Source: an uncultured Anaerolineales bacterium (GTDB taxonomy: Bacteria; Chloroflexota; Anaerolineae; UBA7937; B3-Chlor). From it: 46,678 nt of DNA. This document shows, piece by piece, positions 19,118-28,608 of this stretch. Each line of letters begins with the position of its first letter. The first letter of the stretch is position 1. The stretch is taken from contig CAZOBP010000004.1 in NCBI GenBank assembly GCA_964577995.1, positions 1-46,678 of the forward strand. The letters are read 5' to 3'. Below the pieces are notes generated by a model. It saw nothing but the letters and a program-made list of their open reading frames with translations, did no database searches and had not been told where the DNA came from. Position numbers and translations under genes: made by a program.

Positions 19118-20916
19118 GGTCCACCCTCACCCTGCTGGTGGGCGAAGTACTCCTCCAGCAGCGGCGATAACTCTTCGTCCGTGACGTACTGGGACAAGAT
19201 GTAGAAGAAGTCGTCAGAGGTACTTAGCGAGTGGGTCTGGCTGCGACAGTAGTCCTGGAGGAAGGCGTAGAAGTCCTGCTCGCCCATGGTGTGCCGCAGA
19301 TCGGCGATGAATTCGGCTCCTCTGCGATACACGGCATTCATGTACGATGACTGGCTATCGTAATCGTAGATCGTGCCATCGATGGCACCCGTCGGCTCCC
19401 AGTTGAAGACGTCGAAATCCCACGCCCAGAGGTGATCGTCGGGATATCTCAACTTGTAGAAAAGAAGCTCGCTGTAGGTAGCCATAGCTTCGTCCAACCA
19501 GGGTTCCCGCACTTGATCGTTTCCCACGAGGCCGTACCACCACTGGTGAGACACTTCGTGCACCAGCAAGATTATCAACTGAGAGCGCACCCCTCCAGGG
19601 TACGTCCCGTACCACAGAGAGCCTAGAAACGATATGCCCGAGAACTCCATGCCGCCGGCGAACTCGGCCTCCGCAATCCGGAAATCGGAGTACGGATAGC
19701 CCGCTCCGAACTGATCCCCATAGGTCTCCAGGGCCTCGGCCGCGAATTCAGCCACGTCCACTCCGGCGCTCTCGTGCTCGGGGAAGTAGTACGAGGTCAC
19801 GGTGGCACCCCCGACGCCTACGCTATGTGACACGTACTGATCGCTGGCGGCAAAGGCGAAGGAACGGGCCTGAGAGATCTGGTAGCGCCACAGGGAGCCC
19901 TCTCTCTCTTCCTCGCCACTCGCCACCACCGTGATCCCCTCAGAGGCATAGATGCGGACATCGTAGTCTGCCTCCTCCATCACATAGGGATCACCAACGG
20001 GATGGTAGGCAAACGTGTACCACCCCTGGTCAGGGAGACGGGGCGCCAGGGCGGGGTACCAGTGGCCCCCGTCAACGGCGTTCTCCGACCAGCCGAGGCT
20101 GCCCGTGGTGAAACTGTCCGCCGGGTCTATGTAAGGCAGGTCCAGAGTGAAATCCACCAGCAGAGTGATCACGCGGCCCGGCTCCAATCCCCGGGGCAGT
20201 GACACGCGCAGCGCCAGACCCTCCAGCTCGTGCGCCGCACTCACGGGCCCGGTCCCATACTCCAGCCGAATGTCTTTCAGGGCGAAGATCCCACTGGTGT
20301 AGTTCGGAAACACATTGAGCACGATGTCGTCAAGGACCTCGTCACCACGATTGGCGTAGTCTATCTGCTCTTCCACCGCCAAGCTGTGTCCAGCGTAGTC
20401 CAGCGTTGCCGTGATCGTGTAGCGAGGCAGCGATGTACTGCCGATGGGTTGATACGGTGTGGGTGATGGGAGGGGAGTGGAGGATGGCAGAGGAGCAATC
20501 TTCCCCGGCCCCGTGGCCACAGAAGCTAGCTCACCGATCCCGCCGGACCTCAGCCAGCGATAGCCATACAGCCCTGCAATAGCGCAGATCGCGAGGGCCA
20601 GCGAGGCCAACAACGCTGCCACCAGCGTGTTGTAGGACCGCCCGGGGGAGGCCGCTCGCCCCCCGCTATCGGCGTCCTGCTGCCCTGCCATGGACCGCTG
20701 CCACAGGGCAAGCAACCGCCTCGAGTCCAGGCCGAGGTAGCGCCCGTAGAGTCGCAGCGCACTCCTGAGATGAGCAGCACTGGAGAACTTGTGGTACTCT
20801 TCCCTCTCCAGTGCCTCGACGTACTCCGGCCACAATCCGGTGGCGGCCTCTATGTCACGCCAGGAGCAACCTTTGCTCTCTCGCGCCGCTCGCAGCACCT
20901 GGCCCAGTCTGGCCAC
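19114..20916 (-). CDS. XRE/RodZ-type HTH + transmembrane helix + M1 family aminopeptidase
   Basis: Start GTG 20916 with GGAGG RBS (MARLGQVLRAARESKG...YVEALEREEY); TM segment LVAALLASLALAICAIAGLY; GGMEF, HEVSHQWW and WLDEAMATY (HEXXH-18-E). Confidence 0.85.
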   Translation of the reverse strand: MARLGQVLRAARESKGCSWRDIEAATGLWPEYVEALEREEYHKFSSAAHLRSALRLYGRYLGLDSRRLLALWQRSMAGQQDADSGGRAASPGRSYNTLVAALLASLALAICAIAGLYGYRWLRSGGIGELASVATGPGKIAPLPSSTPLPSPTPYQPIGSTSLPRYTITATLDYAGHSLAVEEQIDYANRGDEVLDDIVLNVFPNYTSGIFALKDIRLEYGTGPVSAAHELEGLALRVSLPRGLEPGRVITLLVDFTLDLPYIDPADSFTTGSLGWSENAVDGGHWYPALAPRLPDQGWYTFAYHPVGDPYVMEEADYDVRIYASEGITVVASGEEEREGSLWRYQISQARSFAFAASDQYVSHSVGVGGATVTSYYFPEHESAGVDVAEFAAEALETYGDQFGAGYPYSDFRIAEAEFAGGMEFSGISFLGSLWYGTYPGGVRSQLIILLVHEVSHQWWYGLVGNDQVREPWLDEAMATYSELLFYKLRYPDDHLWAWDFDVFNWEPTGAIDGTIYDYDSQSSYMNAVYRRGAEFIADLRHTMGEQDFYAFLQDYCRSQTHSLSTSDDFFYILSQYVTDEELSPLLEEYFAHQQGEGGP

Positions 20917-20944
20917 TGCCTTACCTCCGTCCCACTCGGCGTCT

Positions 20945-20973
20945 ATTCTAGTGTACCCCGCGCATCCGGACAA
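20945..20973 (-). promoter_or_regulatory. sigma70-type promoter for HTH-M1 and downstream genes
   Basis: TTGTCC-17 nt-TAGAAT. Confidence 0.55.
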
Positions 20974-21008
20974 CCTGCCCCATCGAGTCTCCGAGCAGGG
21001 TCCCCTAT

Positions 21009-23261
21009 CTAGAAAACGCGCCTGACGACAGGCAACCCACCCTCGCCTTCCAGGAAGCGCGGCTGGACATCATCAACGATTCTCACCGGGATCATCTCCG
21101 CTGCCTCGACACCCCCATCTCCAAGGAAAACTCGCAGCACGGCTCCCTCCCGCGCTCCCTCCAGCACGTCGATGTCGAAGACGAAGTTCCCCAGACTGTA
21201 GGCGATGAAGCCGCCCCCGTATTCTTCAGTTCCCTGCACTACGTGGGGGTGATGTCCGATGACTAGACATGCGCCCGCCTCCACGGCCGCTCGCGAGACC
21301 GCCAACTGCTCCTCGTCGGGATATTGCTGGTACTCGGTCCCCAGGTGCATGATCACGATCACGAGATCGGACTGTTCTTTGGCTCGGGCCACGTCCTCTC
21401 GTATGGTCGCCGGATCAGCAAAAGCGATCCATTCCCCTGTAGGCACCTCATCGGACCCTTTCCACCGGGCAGCAGCATAGGACAGGAAGGCGATCCTCCT
21501 CCCCTTCACCCCAACTATCAGTGGGCGGCGCGCCTCCTCGTAGGAGAGACCCGCACCCACGTAGTCCACTCCCCTCGATCGCAGAGCTTCGATGGTCTCC
21601 GTGAGGCTCGGTTCACCGAAGTCCAACAGATGGTTATTCGCCAGGCTGAGCACATCGAAGCCCGCCCAGTCCAGAGCTGACGCGTGGTCCGGATGCCCCC
21701 GGAAGGCGAATCGCTTGTCTATGGGCTCCCCTCCGATGGCAAAGGGAGATTCCAGATTGCCCACAGCCAAGTCTGCCTCGCGCAAGAGCTCTGCCACGAC
21801 CTCGAACGGATACTCGCTTCCGAAGACCTCCATCCGCTCTTCCACGGTGCGCGAGAGCAAAATGTCACCCACAGCCACTAACTCTACAAGTCCATCATCG
21901 CTGCCTCCACCGCCGGTCGGCGGCTCCACCCAGGAGGTCATCGTCGCTGGCTCCTCGTGTCCGGGTGGCTCTGGAACGGAACCCTGCCCTGAAGCTACGT
22001 CCAACCGGTACAGGTCGTTCCCGGAACGCGCCAGGACGCCCAGAAACTCGCTGTCTGTCACGTCCACGGCCGCCAAACCGTGAACCCTGCGCTCGGTGTG
22101 GTAGCTGCCACGTAGCCGTCCGTACACATCGAGGAGGTAGATGTTGCCGTCATCGGCCCCGGTCAGGACTTCCAGGACCCCATCTCTGTCCAGGTCCGCC
22201 ACGCGCACGGACCACACACTCTTCTGCATCTCGAAGCTCCACAACCGCTCCCCTCGACCGCTTAACATGCACACCTCAGGGGCGTGAGGCCCCGTGCCGG
22301 CTACGATCTCGCTACAACCGTCGCCATCCACGTCGGCCGCGTCCAGACTGATCACGGGGTCGTCTAACTGTGACTCCCAGCCTGGTTGCCCTTCACTGCT
22401 CAGGACATAGACCCGACCATCTGCTGAACCGACGACGATCTCCAGAGAGCCATCCCCGTCCGTGTCGCCAGTGGTCAACTCCCGCACGTATCCCCCAGTT
22501 GCGTGGCTCCAGCGCAGCTCCCCGTTACAAGTCACCAGGGACACGCGACCCTCCCGGTGCGCCGCGATGATCTCTGCGCACCCGTCCCCGTCGAGGTCAG
22601 CACACTCGACCGCCGACACGCCGTCGTCGCCCACCAGCGACCAGCGAAGCGACCCGTCACCATCCAGCAGTTGCAGTTGCCCGTCCCACGATCCGGCGAT
22701 CACCTCTCCCAGACCGTCGCCGTCTACGTCTTCCACGCGCAGATTCACCACGCGGCTGCCGACGTACCACTCCCACAGGAACTCTCCACCAGCTCCCAGT
22801 GCGTGCACCCGGTTGTCGTCCCCACCCGCCACCACCTCCTCCAGACCGTCGCCGTCCAGATCGCCGGTATCGAGGCAGTATACCGCCGCCCCTAAAGCAT
22901 GCCGCCACAGGAGCTGGCCGTCTTCGTCCAGCACGTACAGGTACTTGTCGTAGGATCCCGCCACCGTCTCCTGCCGGCCATCCCCCTCTAGATCTGAGGT
23001 CGCCACGGCCCACACCATTTCGTTGGTCGGATACCGCCACGATAGAGACATCTCCAGTGGTATGAGCGGGGGTGGTGTCCTCGTGGCCGTGGGCGAGGGG
23101 ACAGGGCCAGACGTCAGGCTGGGGACCCCCGCGGGGGGCAGTTCACCGACGTCGTGCGTCGCCGTGCTCACGGAGGACGCAGCCGGCGTGGATTGTGCTT
23201 CCGCACAGCCTGATAGGGAGAAGGCGAGCAGTATCGCACAGACAGAAAGACGCACAGTCAC
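21009..23261 (-). CDS. Lipoprotein: FG-GAP/PQQ-like beta-propeller + CapA (PGA_cap) metallophosphatase
   Basis: Start GTG 23261 (GGAGG RBS); lipobox LSGC; about 7 DxDGDG repeats; CapA motifs VGDILLSR, GNLESP, LANNHLLDFG, MHLGTEY, GHHPHV, YSLGNFVFD. Confidence 0.83.
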   Translation of the reverse strand: MTVRLSVCAILLAFSLSGCAEAQSTPAASSVSTATHDVGELPPAGVPSLTSGPVPSPTATRTPPPLIPLEMSLSWRYPTNEMVWAVATSDLEGDGRQETVAGSYDKYLYVLDEDGQLLWRHALGAAVYCLDTGDLDGDGLEEVVAGGDDNRVHALGAGGEFLWEWYVGSRVVNLRVEDVDGDGLGEVIAGSWDGQLQLLDGDGSLRWSLVGDDGVSAVECADLDGDGCAEIIAAHREGRVSLVTCNGELRWSHATGGYVRELTTGDTDGDGSLEIVVGSADGRVYVLSSEGQPGWESQLDDPVISLDAADVDGDGCSEIVAGTGPHAPEVCMLSGRGERLWSFEMQKSVWSVRVADLDRDGVLEVLTGADDGNIYLLDVYGRLRGSYHTERRVHGLAAVDVTDSEFLGVLARSGNDLYRLDVASGQGSVPEPPGHEEPATMTSWVEPPTGGGGSDDGLVELVAVGDILLSRTVEERMEVFGSEYPFEVVAELLREADLAVGNLESPFAIGGEPIDKRFAFRGHPDHASALDWAGFDVLSLANNHLLDFGEPSLTETIEALRSRGVDYVGAGLSYEEARRPLIVGVKGRRIAFLSYAAARWKGSDEVPTGEWIAFADPATIREDVARAKEQSDLVIVIMHLGTEYQQYPDEEQLAVSRAAVEAGACLVIGHHPHVVQGTEEYGGGFIAYSLGNFVFDIDVLEGAREGAVLRVFLGDGGVEAAEMIPVRIVDDVQPRFLEGEGGLPVVRRVF

Positions 23262-23366
23262 CCGAAAACGAACCTCCAGGCAATAACACACGTCGCGCCG
23301 CTGCAAGATCCACAGCATTCATCAGGGCTCAGAGCCCACCATAGGCCTCAACCCAAGACTAAGCCC

Positions 23367-23395
23367 AGTATAGCATCTCGTCGGGGACATGTAAA
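23367..23395 (-). promoter_or_regulatory. sigma70-type promoter for the propeller-CapA gene
   Basis: TTTACA-17 nt-TATACT. Confidence 0.65.
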
Positions 23396-23516
23396 CTCGC
23401 TGACGAGAAGTATGCGTCACGGAATCGGAGATCGTCTCCCCAATCGGTTCTCGGCTGGGATGTGCGGGGTGCTCTGAGTGCCCAAAGTGTTGTAGAACGA
23501 CATACTGGACGGGTGC

Positions 23517-23807
23517 GGCCTCACCGATGCAGAGTTCCAGCAGATGACGGAGAGGCTTCTGGCCTTGGAGACTCACCGGCAACGAGGCACTGTGTTCGTG
23601 GAACCTCAGGTAGTGGCAGAGGTCCTGTTCAACGAAATCCAGGCCAGTCCCCAGTACGAGTCAGGGCTTGCGCTCCGCTTCGCACGCATCTCCCGACTGA
23701 GGGAAGACAAGAAACCTGAGGAGGCCAACACGATTCAGACCATGCGACGGCTGTTCGAGGAGCAATCGGAGCACAAAGGGCAATACGGAGGCGACGAGCC
23801 CGCCTGA
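23517..23807 (+). pseudogene. C-terminal (OB-fold) remnant of an ATP-dependent DNA ligase
   Basis: GLTDAEFQQMTERL...FVEPQVVAEVLFNEIQASPQYESGLALRFARISRLREDK is typical of the ligase C-terminus. In-frame TAG just upstream; no adenylation domain. Confidence 0.8.
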
Positions 23808-23812
23808 CCGGC

Positions 23813-24700
23813 TCAGAGCAGCGTGGGCACCAGCTCGGGGAGCAAAGCCAGGTTTTCCAGCACCGTGCCCATGCGATGCTCCGAGACGTATCGTTCACAC
23901 CACGATGGAGTATATGAGGTCCTGAGCAGCACGAAGGGAATCCCCATCATCATGGGCAGAGCGCCGGGCATAGAGAACGTATCCGCCACCACTATCAGAC
24001 CGCCGGCATCCGTCTTCTCCCTCATCAGTGCCTCGTAGTAGGCCGGGCGCCGCAGGTCAATGGTGCGCTTGTCGTCGACCTTGAAGATCTGGCCCTCGCC
24101 CTGCCCAGGATCAACGAACGTTCTTCCCCACGAGGGGTCCATCTCGTACTGCCTGGTATCGCCTAGCACTCTGATCCGTCCAAACCCAAGTGCCCCCAGG
24201 TTCTTCCTGACCTTGTCTCCTTTGGAACTGCTCAAGATGACCGGTTCCAGCTCCGCAGCACCCATCAGCGCCTTCAACACAACCTCGGCTGCCTCCCGGA
24301 AATGAGGCTCCAGATCGAAGGTGTAAGTGTGAAAGAGGTAGTTGCTGCAGTCCATGATGGGATCGTATTCGACCCCTGGGAACGACTCCTCCACAACCTT
24401 CGCGTAGGCTGGCTCCAGCCGCAGCATGGTCTGGATGGTGGTCGTGTTGGTGATGAAGGCACCCTCATCGGCGTAGGCAGCGATCCCTCCATTCACCTCC
24501 CACCAGTACTTGTAGGGCTCAGCAAGGATCATAGCCCGCGTGCGGGAGTACTCCTCGCGCAATCGAGGCAGGGGCACTCTCAGGATGTCCTGCGAGAGAG
24601 CGGCGATGGACCTCTCCGCCAGTTCCTCGACCTGCTCCTCTTCGGCGGTCAGCGTGCCGTCATAGTCTAGGATGACCTTGATCAAGCCCGCAGACTTCAT
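23813..24700 (-). CDS. HAD-superfamily hydrolase-like protein
   Basis: N-terminal VILDYDGTLT (DxDGT), later SSSK and VVADTFS. Confidence 0.6.
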   Translation of the reverse strand: MKSAGLIKVILDYDGTLTAEEEQVEELAERSIAALSQDILRVPLPRLREEYSRTRAMILAEPYKYWWEVNGGIAAYADEGAFITNTTTIQTMLRLEPAYAKVVEESFPGVEYDPIMDCSNYLFHTYTFDLEPHFREAAEVVLKALMGAAELEPVILSSSKGDKVRKNLGALGFGRIRVLGDTRQYEMDPSWGRTFVDPGQGEGQIFKVDDKRTIDLRRPAYYEALMREKTDAGGLIVVADTFSMPGALPMMMGIPFVLLRTSYTPSWCERYVSEHRMGTVLENLALLPELVPTLL

Positions 24701-24729
24701 GGTGTACAGCGCCCTCCGATGCAAACCGC

Positions 24730-24758
24730 ATTATAGCACGGGTCCCTGTGCCCTTCAA
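24730..24758 (-). promoter_or_regulatory. sigma70-type promoter for HAD gene
   Basis: TTGAAG-17 nt-TATAAT with extended TG. Confidence 0.6.
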
Positions 24759-24986
24759 CGGAGGGGAACGCACGTCACCAGCGATAGCCACGTGTCCCTC
24801 GATCTGGACGAGCCTCGTGCTCCTGTCACTTTCGCGGCGGTAGGGTGTTAATCATGGTGACGGGGCATCGATACGCCGGGATCGCACATGCCCACCCCGG
24901 ATCCAGCGGTACCTCCAAACACTCTGCCCAAGGTGGGCACAGCACAGACTGCAAGCACCGTTCAGGAGTGGGCTGGAGCGCAGCAT

Positions 24987-25015
24987 TTGCTCGGCGTTTC
25001 CAGTTGCCGTATAAT
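24987..25015 (+). promoter_or_regulatory. sigma70-type promoter for biotin carboxylase operon
   Basis: TTGCTC-17 nt-TATAAT. Confidence 0.6.
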
Positions 25016-25111
25016 GACCCTCGCATCATACGTGGCGTTTCGCCGCGAAGGAGCAGAGCGACGTTCTACCTATTGGCGTGCGACGGACGCTAGATTCGCC
25101 CCAGAGGACAG

Positions 25112-26614
25112 GTGTTCAGAAAGATACTGGTAGCCAATCGAGGAGAGATCGCCGTACGCGTGCTGCGCGCGTGCAGAGAGCTCGGTCTTGGTACGGTGGG
25201 CATCTATTCCGATGCGGACAGAACGGCCCTCCATGTTCGCTATGCAGATGAGGTCTACCACATCGGACCACCGCCGGCCACACAGAGTTATCTCTGCATC
25301 GACAAGATCATTGCTGTGGCCAAGCAGGCCCAGGTGGACGCCATACACCCAGGCTATGGATTCCTGGCCGAGAATCCCGCCTTCGCCCGTGCCTGTCGGG
25401 AAGCGGGCCTAGCCTTTGTCGGTCCCAGCCCCGAATCCATGGAACTCATGGGAGACAAAGCAGCGGCTCGCCGCACTGCCTCCCAGCTCGACATCCCCAT
25501 CCTCCCCGGCACCGACCACGAGATCGAGGATGAGGACGAAGCCCAAGCTGTGGCTGCGCAGATTGGGTATCCACTGCTAGTCAAGGCCGCGGTGGGGGGC
25601 GGCGGCAAGGGCATGCGTACTGTCCACTCGCCAGAGGAGCTGCCCTTCGCTGTGGTTGCCGCGCGAAGAGAAGCGCAGTCTACCTTTGGAGATGGCGCCA
25701 TCTACCTGGAACGGCTGATGGAAGGCGCGCGGCACATAGAGGTCCAGATTCTGGGTGACCAGCATGGCACCATCGTGAGCCTCGGTGAGCGTGAATGCTC
25801 GCTTCAGCGTCGCCATCAGAAACTGCTGGAAGAGGCACCCTCCATAGCTGTGGACGATGATATCCGGACCCGGATGCGAGAAGCTGCTATCGCCCTGGTG
25901 CAAGCGGTGGACTACACAAATGTGGGCACGGTGGAGTTCCTTCTCGACAAGCAGAAGAACTTCTTCTTCCTGGAGATGAACACCCGTCTTCAGGTGGAAC
26001 ATCCCGTAACCGAGATGGTCAGTGGGGTGGACATAGTCAAAGAACAGCTACGTATCGCCTCCGGACGCGCCATGCGGTATCGGCAGGAAGACATCCAGCT
26101 CAAGGGCTGGGCGATGGAATGCCGGATTTGCGCGGAAGACCCCGACGACGGCTTCCTCCCTTCCACAGGCCGCATCAGCGCGCTTCAGGAACCGACCGGC
26201 CCTGGAGTCCGCGTAGACAGCGGCATCTACGAGGGGTTCGATGTGTCTCTCTACTACGACCCTTTGATCAGCAAGCTCAGTGTGTGGGGCGAGACGCGCG
26301 GCGAAGCCATCCTGCGCATGCGCCGGGCACTGGAGGAGTACCGCATCATAGGAGTGAAGACCAACATCCCCTTCCACCAGCAGATCGTGAACCACACCGA
26401 GTTCATTTACGGCCAGTTTGACACCACGTTCGTGGAGAACCGCTTCGCCATGCAACACGCGGACAGGGAAGAACTCTTGAAAGCGGCCGCCATCGCAGCA
26501 ACCATGGTGGCCGACAAGAGCCTTCAAAACAGGGTGAACACACTGGCACACCGCCAGGGTCCCCCAGCAAACGGGTGGAAGATGGCTGGGCGTTGGGAGG
26601 CCGTGGGCCGATGA
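25112..26614 (+). CDS. accC: Acetyl/propionyl-CoA carboxylase, biotin carboxylase subunit
   Basis: KILVANRGEIAVR, IHPGYGFLAEN, GGGGKGMR, ERECSLQRRHQK, FLEMNTRLQVEHPVTE, YYDPLISKL. Confidence 0.95.
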   Translation: MFRKILVANRGEIAVRVLRACRELGLGTVGIYSDADRTALHVRYADEVYHIGPPPATQSYLCIDKIIAVAKQAQVDAIHPGYGFLAENPAFARACREAGLAFVGPSPESMELMGDKAAARRTASQLDIPILPGTDHEIEDEDEAQAVAAQIGYPLLVKAAVGGGGKGMRTVHSPEELPFAVVAARREAQSTFGDGAIYLERLMEGARHIEVQILGDQHGTIVSLGERECSLQRRHQKLLEEAPSIAVDDDIRTRMREAAIALVQAVDYTNVGTVEFLLDKQKNFFFLEMNTRLQVEHPVTEMVSGVDIVKEQLRIASGRAMRYRQEDIQLKGWAMECRICAEDPDDGFLPSTGRISALQEPTGPGVRVDSGIYEGFDVSLYYDPLISKLSVWGETRGEAILRMRRALEEYRIIGVKTNIPFHQQIVNHTEFIYGQFDTTFVENRFAMQHADREELLKAAAIAATMVADKSLQNRVNTLAHRQGPPANGWKMAGRWEAVGR

Positions 26615-27111
26615 CCTACGTTGTCAGTCTCGAGGACGAGTCATTCGAGATCGGCCTGCGCGACGCAGGAGAGGTCGTCGTCAACGGGGAGCCGCACACC
26701 GCAGACATCGAAAGCACGGGTGGGCCATCTCTCTACTCCCTGCTGGTTGACAACTCATCCTACGAGGTCCACGTCGAGGAGCGCGACGGCACCTACCGAG
26801 TCCTGCTCCTGGGACAGCGCTACGACATCCGGGTCGAGGATGAGGGAACCCGGCGCGTGGCGAGAGCACGCAAGGCGGATCGGCCTTCGGAAGATGCGGT
26901 CATTGTCCTCAAGTCCCCCATTCCAGGTCTGATCTTCGACGTGCCCGTGACCGAAGGCCAACCGGTGGAGAAGGGTGACATACTGGTGATCGTGGAAGCT
27001 ATGAAGATGGAGAACGAGCTTCGCGCGCCCAGAGACGGGGTCGTCAAGGCGACCTTCATCGTCCCCGGCGACAGTGTGGACAAGGGTCAACCACTGGTTA
27101 CGCTCTCCTGA
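26611..27111 (+). CDS. Biotin carboxyl carrier protein with N-terminal BT-like domain
   Basis: EAMKMENE biotinylation motif; ATG 26611 overlaps the accC stop. Confidence 0.92.
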   Translation: MTYVVSLEDESFEIGLRDAGEVVVNGEPHTADIESTGGPSLYSLLVDNSSYEVHVEERDGTYRVLLLGQRYDIRVEDEGTRRVARARKADRPSEDAVIVLKSPIPGLIFDVPVTEGQPVEKGDILVIVEAMKMENELRAPRDGVVKATFIVPGDSVDKGQPLVTLS

Positions 27112-27790
27112 TACGTTCCACCATCATCGTGGTCACGCTGGCAGCAACGTTGGCAGCCTGCGCCAGGTTCCTTCTGAACTCCGCTGTGGCGTCCTCACCA
27201 GCGGAATCGGATATGGCCCGTACGACAACCCAGGGCACCCCGTTCATTCGACAGACCTCGGCCACCGCCGCGCTCTCCATGTCCACGCAGTCCCCGTGCC
27301 ATGTCGCCCACAGCCACTCATGCTTCTCGTGGCTGATGATGGCCTGATCGCCGGTCAGCACTTTGCCCAGATGGCACCGATCGGCCAGGCCTGACTCTTC
27401 GGTGGCCTCCAGAGCCCGCTTCACCAGTTCCGCATCAGCCTCCAGCCAACGCCCTCTGAACTTCTTCAGGAGCCTTGGATCGCCGGGATCGAAGTCGTGC
27501 TGTTGGGTCTTCTCCGAGATCACGATGTCACCCGTCTCGAGGCGGGGGTTGACAGCTCCGGCGACGCCCATACAGATGAGGGCTTCCACGCGGAAACGAT
27601 CGATCAGGTACTGCGTGCAAGCCGCAGCCTTGACCTTGCCCACACCGCCAGCTATGGCAACGACCTGGCAGTCGCCTATTCTGCCATGATGGACCGTTCG
27701 CCTGCCCCACTTCGAGGTCTCAACGTCCGCCATGCGCTCCACCAGGGGATCGATCTCCTCCCTGAGGGCAGCAATAACGCCAACCTGCAT
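27098..27790 (-). CDS. mtnN: 5'-methylthioadenosine/S-adenosylhomocysteine nucleosidase
   Basis: GVIAALREE, GVGKVKAA, GVAGAV, LTGDQ, DMESAAVA, RAISD. Confidence 0.92.
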   Translation of the reverse strand: MQVGVIAALREEIDPLVERMADVETSKWGRRTVHHGRIGDCQVVAIAGGVGKVKAAACTQYLIDRFRVEALICMGVAGAVNPRLETGDIVISEKTQQHDFDPGDPRLLKKFRGRWLEADAELVKRALEATEESGLADRCHLGKVLTGDQAIISHEKHEWLWATWHGDCVDMESAAVAEVCRMNGVPWVVVRAISDSAGEDATAEFRRNLAQAANVAASVTTMMVERIRRA

Positions 27791-27806
27791 AGCCCGATCT
27801 TCCTCG

Positions 27807-28568
27807 CTACCCGGGACTGGCCGCCATGCGCAGTCTGCTTCCCACCCAGTCCATGGCTGGGTGTCCCGCCTCGGCCAGCCTGGCCAGAACCTCGTCTACG
27901 TCATACTCCACTCGATGTATGACTACCTGGCACTCTCCATCCTCGAAGTCGAGGGTGGCATACGCTGCCCGCCGATCCCCATCCAGAGGCATACCCACGC
28001 TACCGACGTTCACCACTCTCACTCCATCGAGGGCGCGCTCCAGCGGACGATGTGTGTGTCCGCAGAGTAGCATTCGGCAGTCACTGCCCTCCAATATCCC
28101 TCGCAACTCGTCATCGGTAGTGTGTGCCCAGATCCCCACCTCGTCGCCCAACGGAGAACCGTGGAAGCCGACCACAGCTCCGCAGCCGGGCACTTCCACC
28201 CTCTGTTCGAAGGGCAACTCCCTCAGGAACGAATACCACCTGTAGCTCAGTTGCGAGACGGTCCAACGAAAGCTGGCATCTCTCTCCTCCAGAAAGGCTG
28301 GCATACGACTCCACTGCGCCTCATCCTCCACGGATACCTGAGGGGGACGCCTTCCGGTCACCAGGTACCTGTCGGTGTTGCCCATCACGAAGCGAGCCTG
28401 GGGCAGCGCCGCCAGTCTCTCTAGAACCTCGACCGAATAGGGGCAGAAGACCGCCAGGTCTCCCAGTACCCAGACCTCGCCACAGCCTCCCTGTTCTTGG
28501 AGATGTGACACGACGGCCTCGAGTGCAGGCAGATTCCCGTGGATGTCAGCCAGGAGAGCGGTCCGCAT
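27807..28568 (-). CDS. Calcineurin-like metallophosphoesterase
   Basis: ADIHGN, LGDL, GNTD, HGSP, GHTH, NVGSVG motifs. Confidence 0.9.
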   Translation of the reverse strand: MRTALLADIHGNLPALEAVVSHLQEQGGCGEVWVLGDLAVFCPYSVEVLERLAALPQARFVMGNTDRYLVTGRRPPQVSVEDEAQWSRMPAFLEERDASFRWTVSQLSYRWYSFLRELPFEQRVEVPGCGAVVGFHGSPLGDEVGIWAHTTDDELRGILEGSDCRMLLCGHTHRPLERALDGVRVVNVGSVGMPLDGDRRAAYATLDFEDGECQVVIHRVEYDVDEVLARLAEAGHPAMDWVGSRLRMAASPG

Positions 28569-28608
28569 CAGCTTCCCCTCTCAGAACGGCGTGCTGATCG
28601 AGCAGAGG

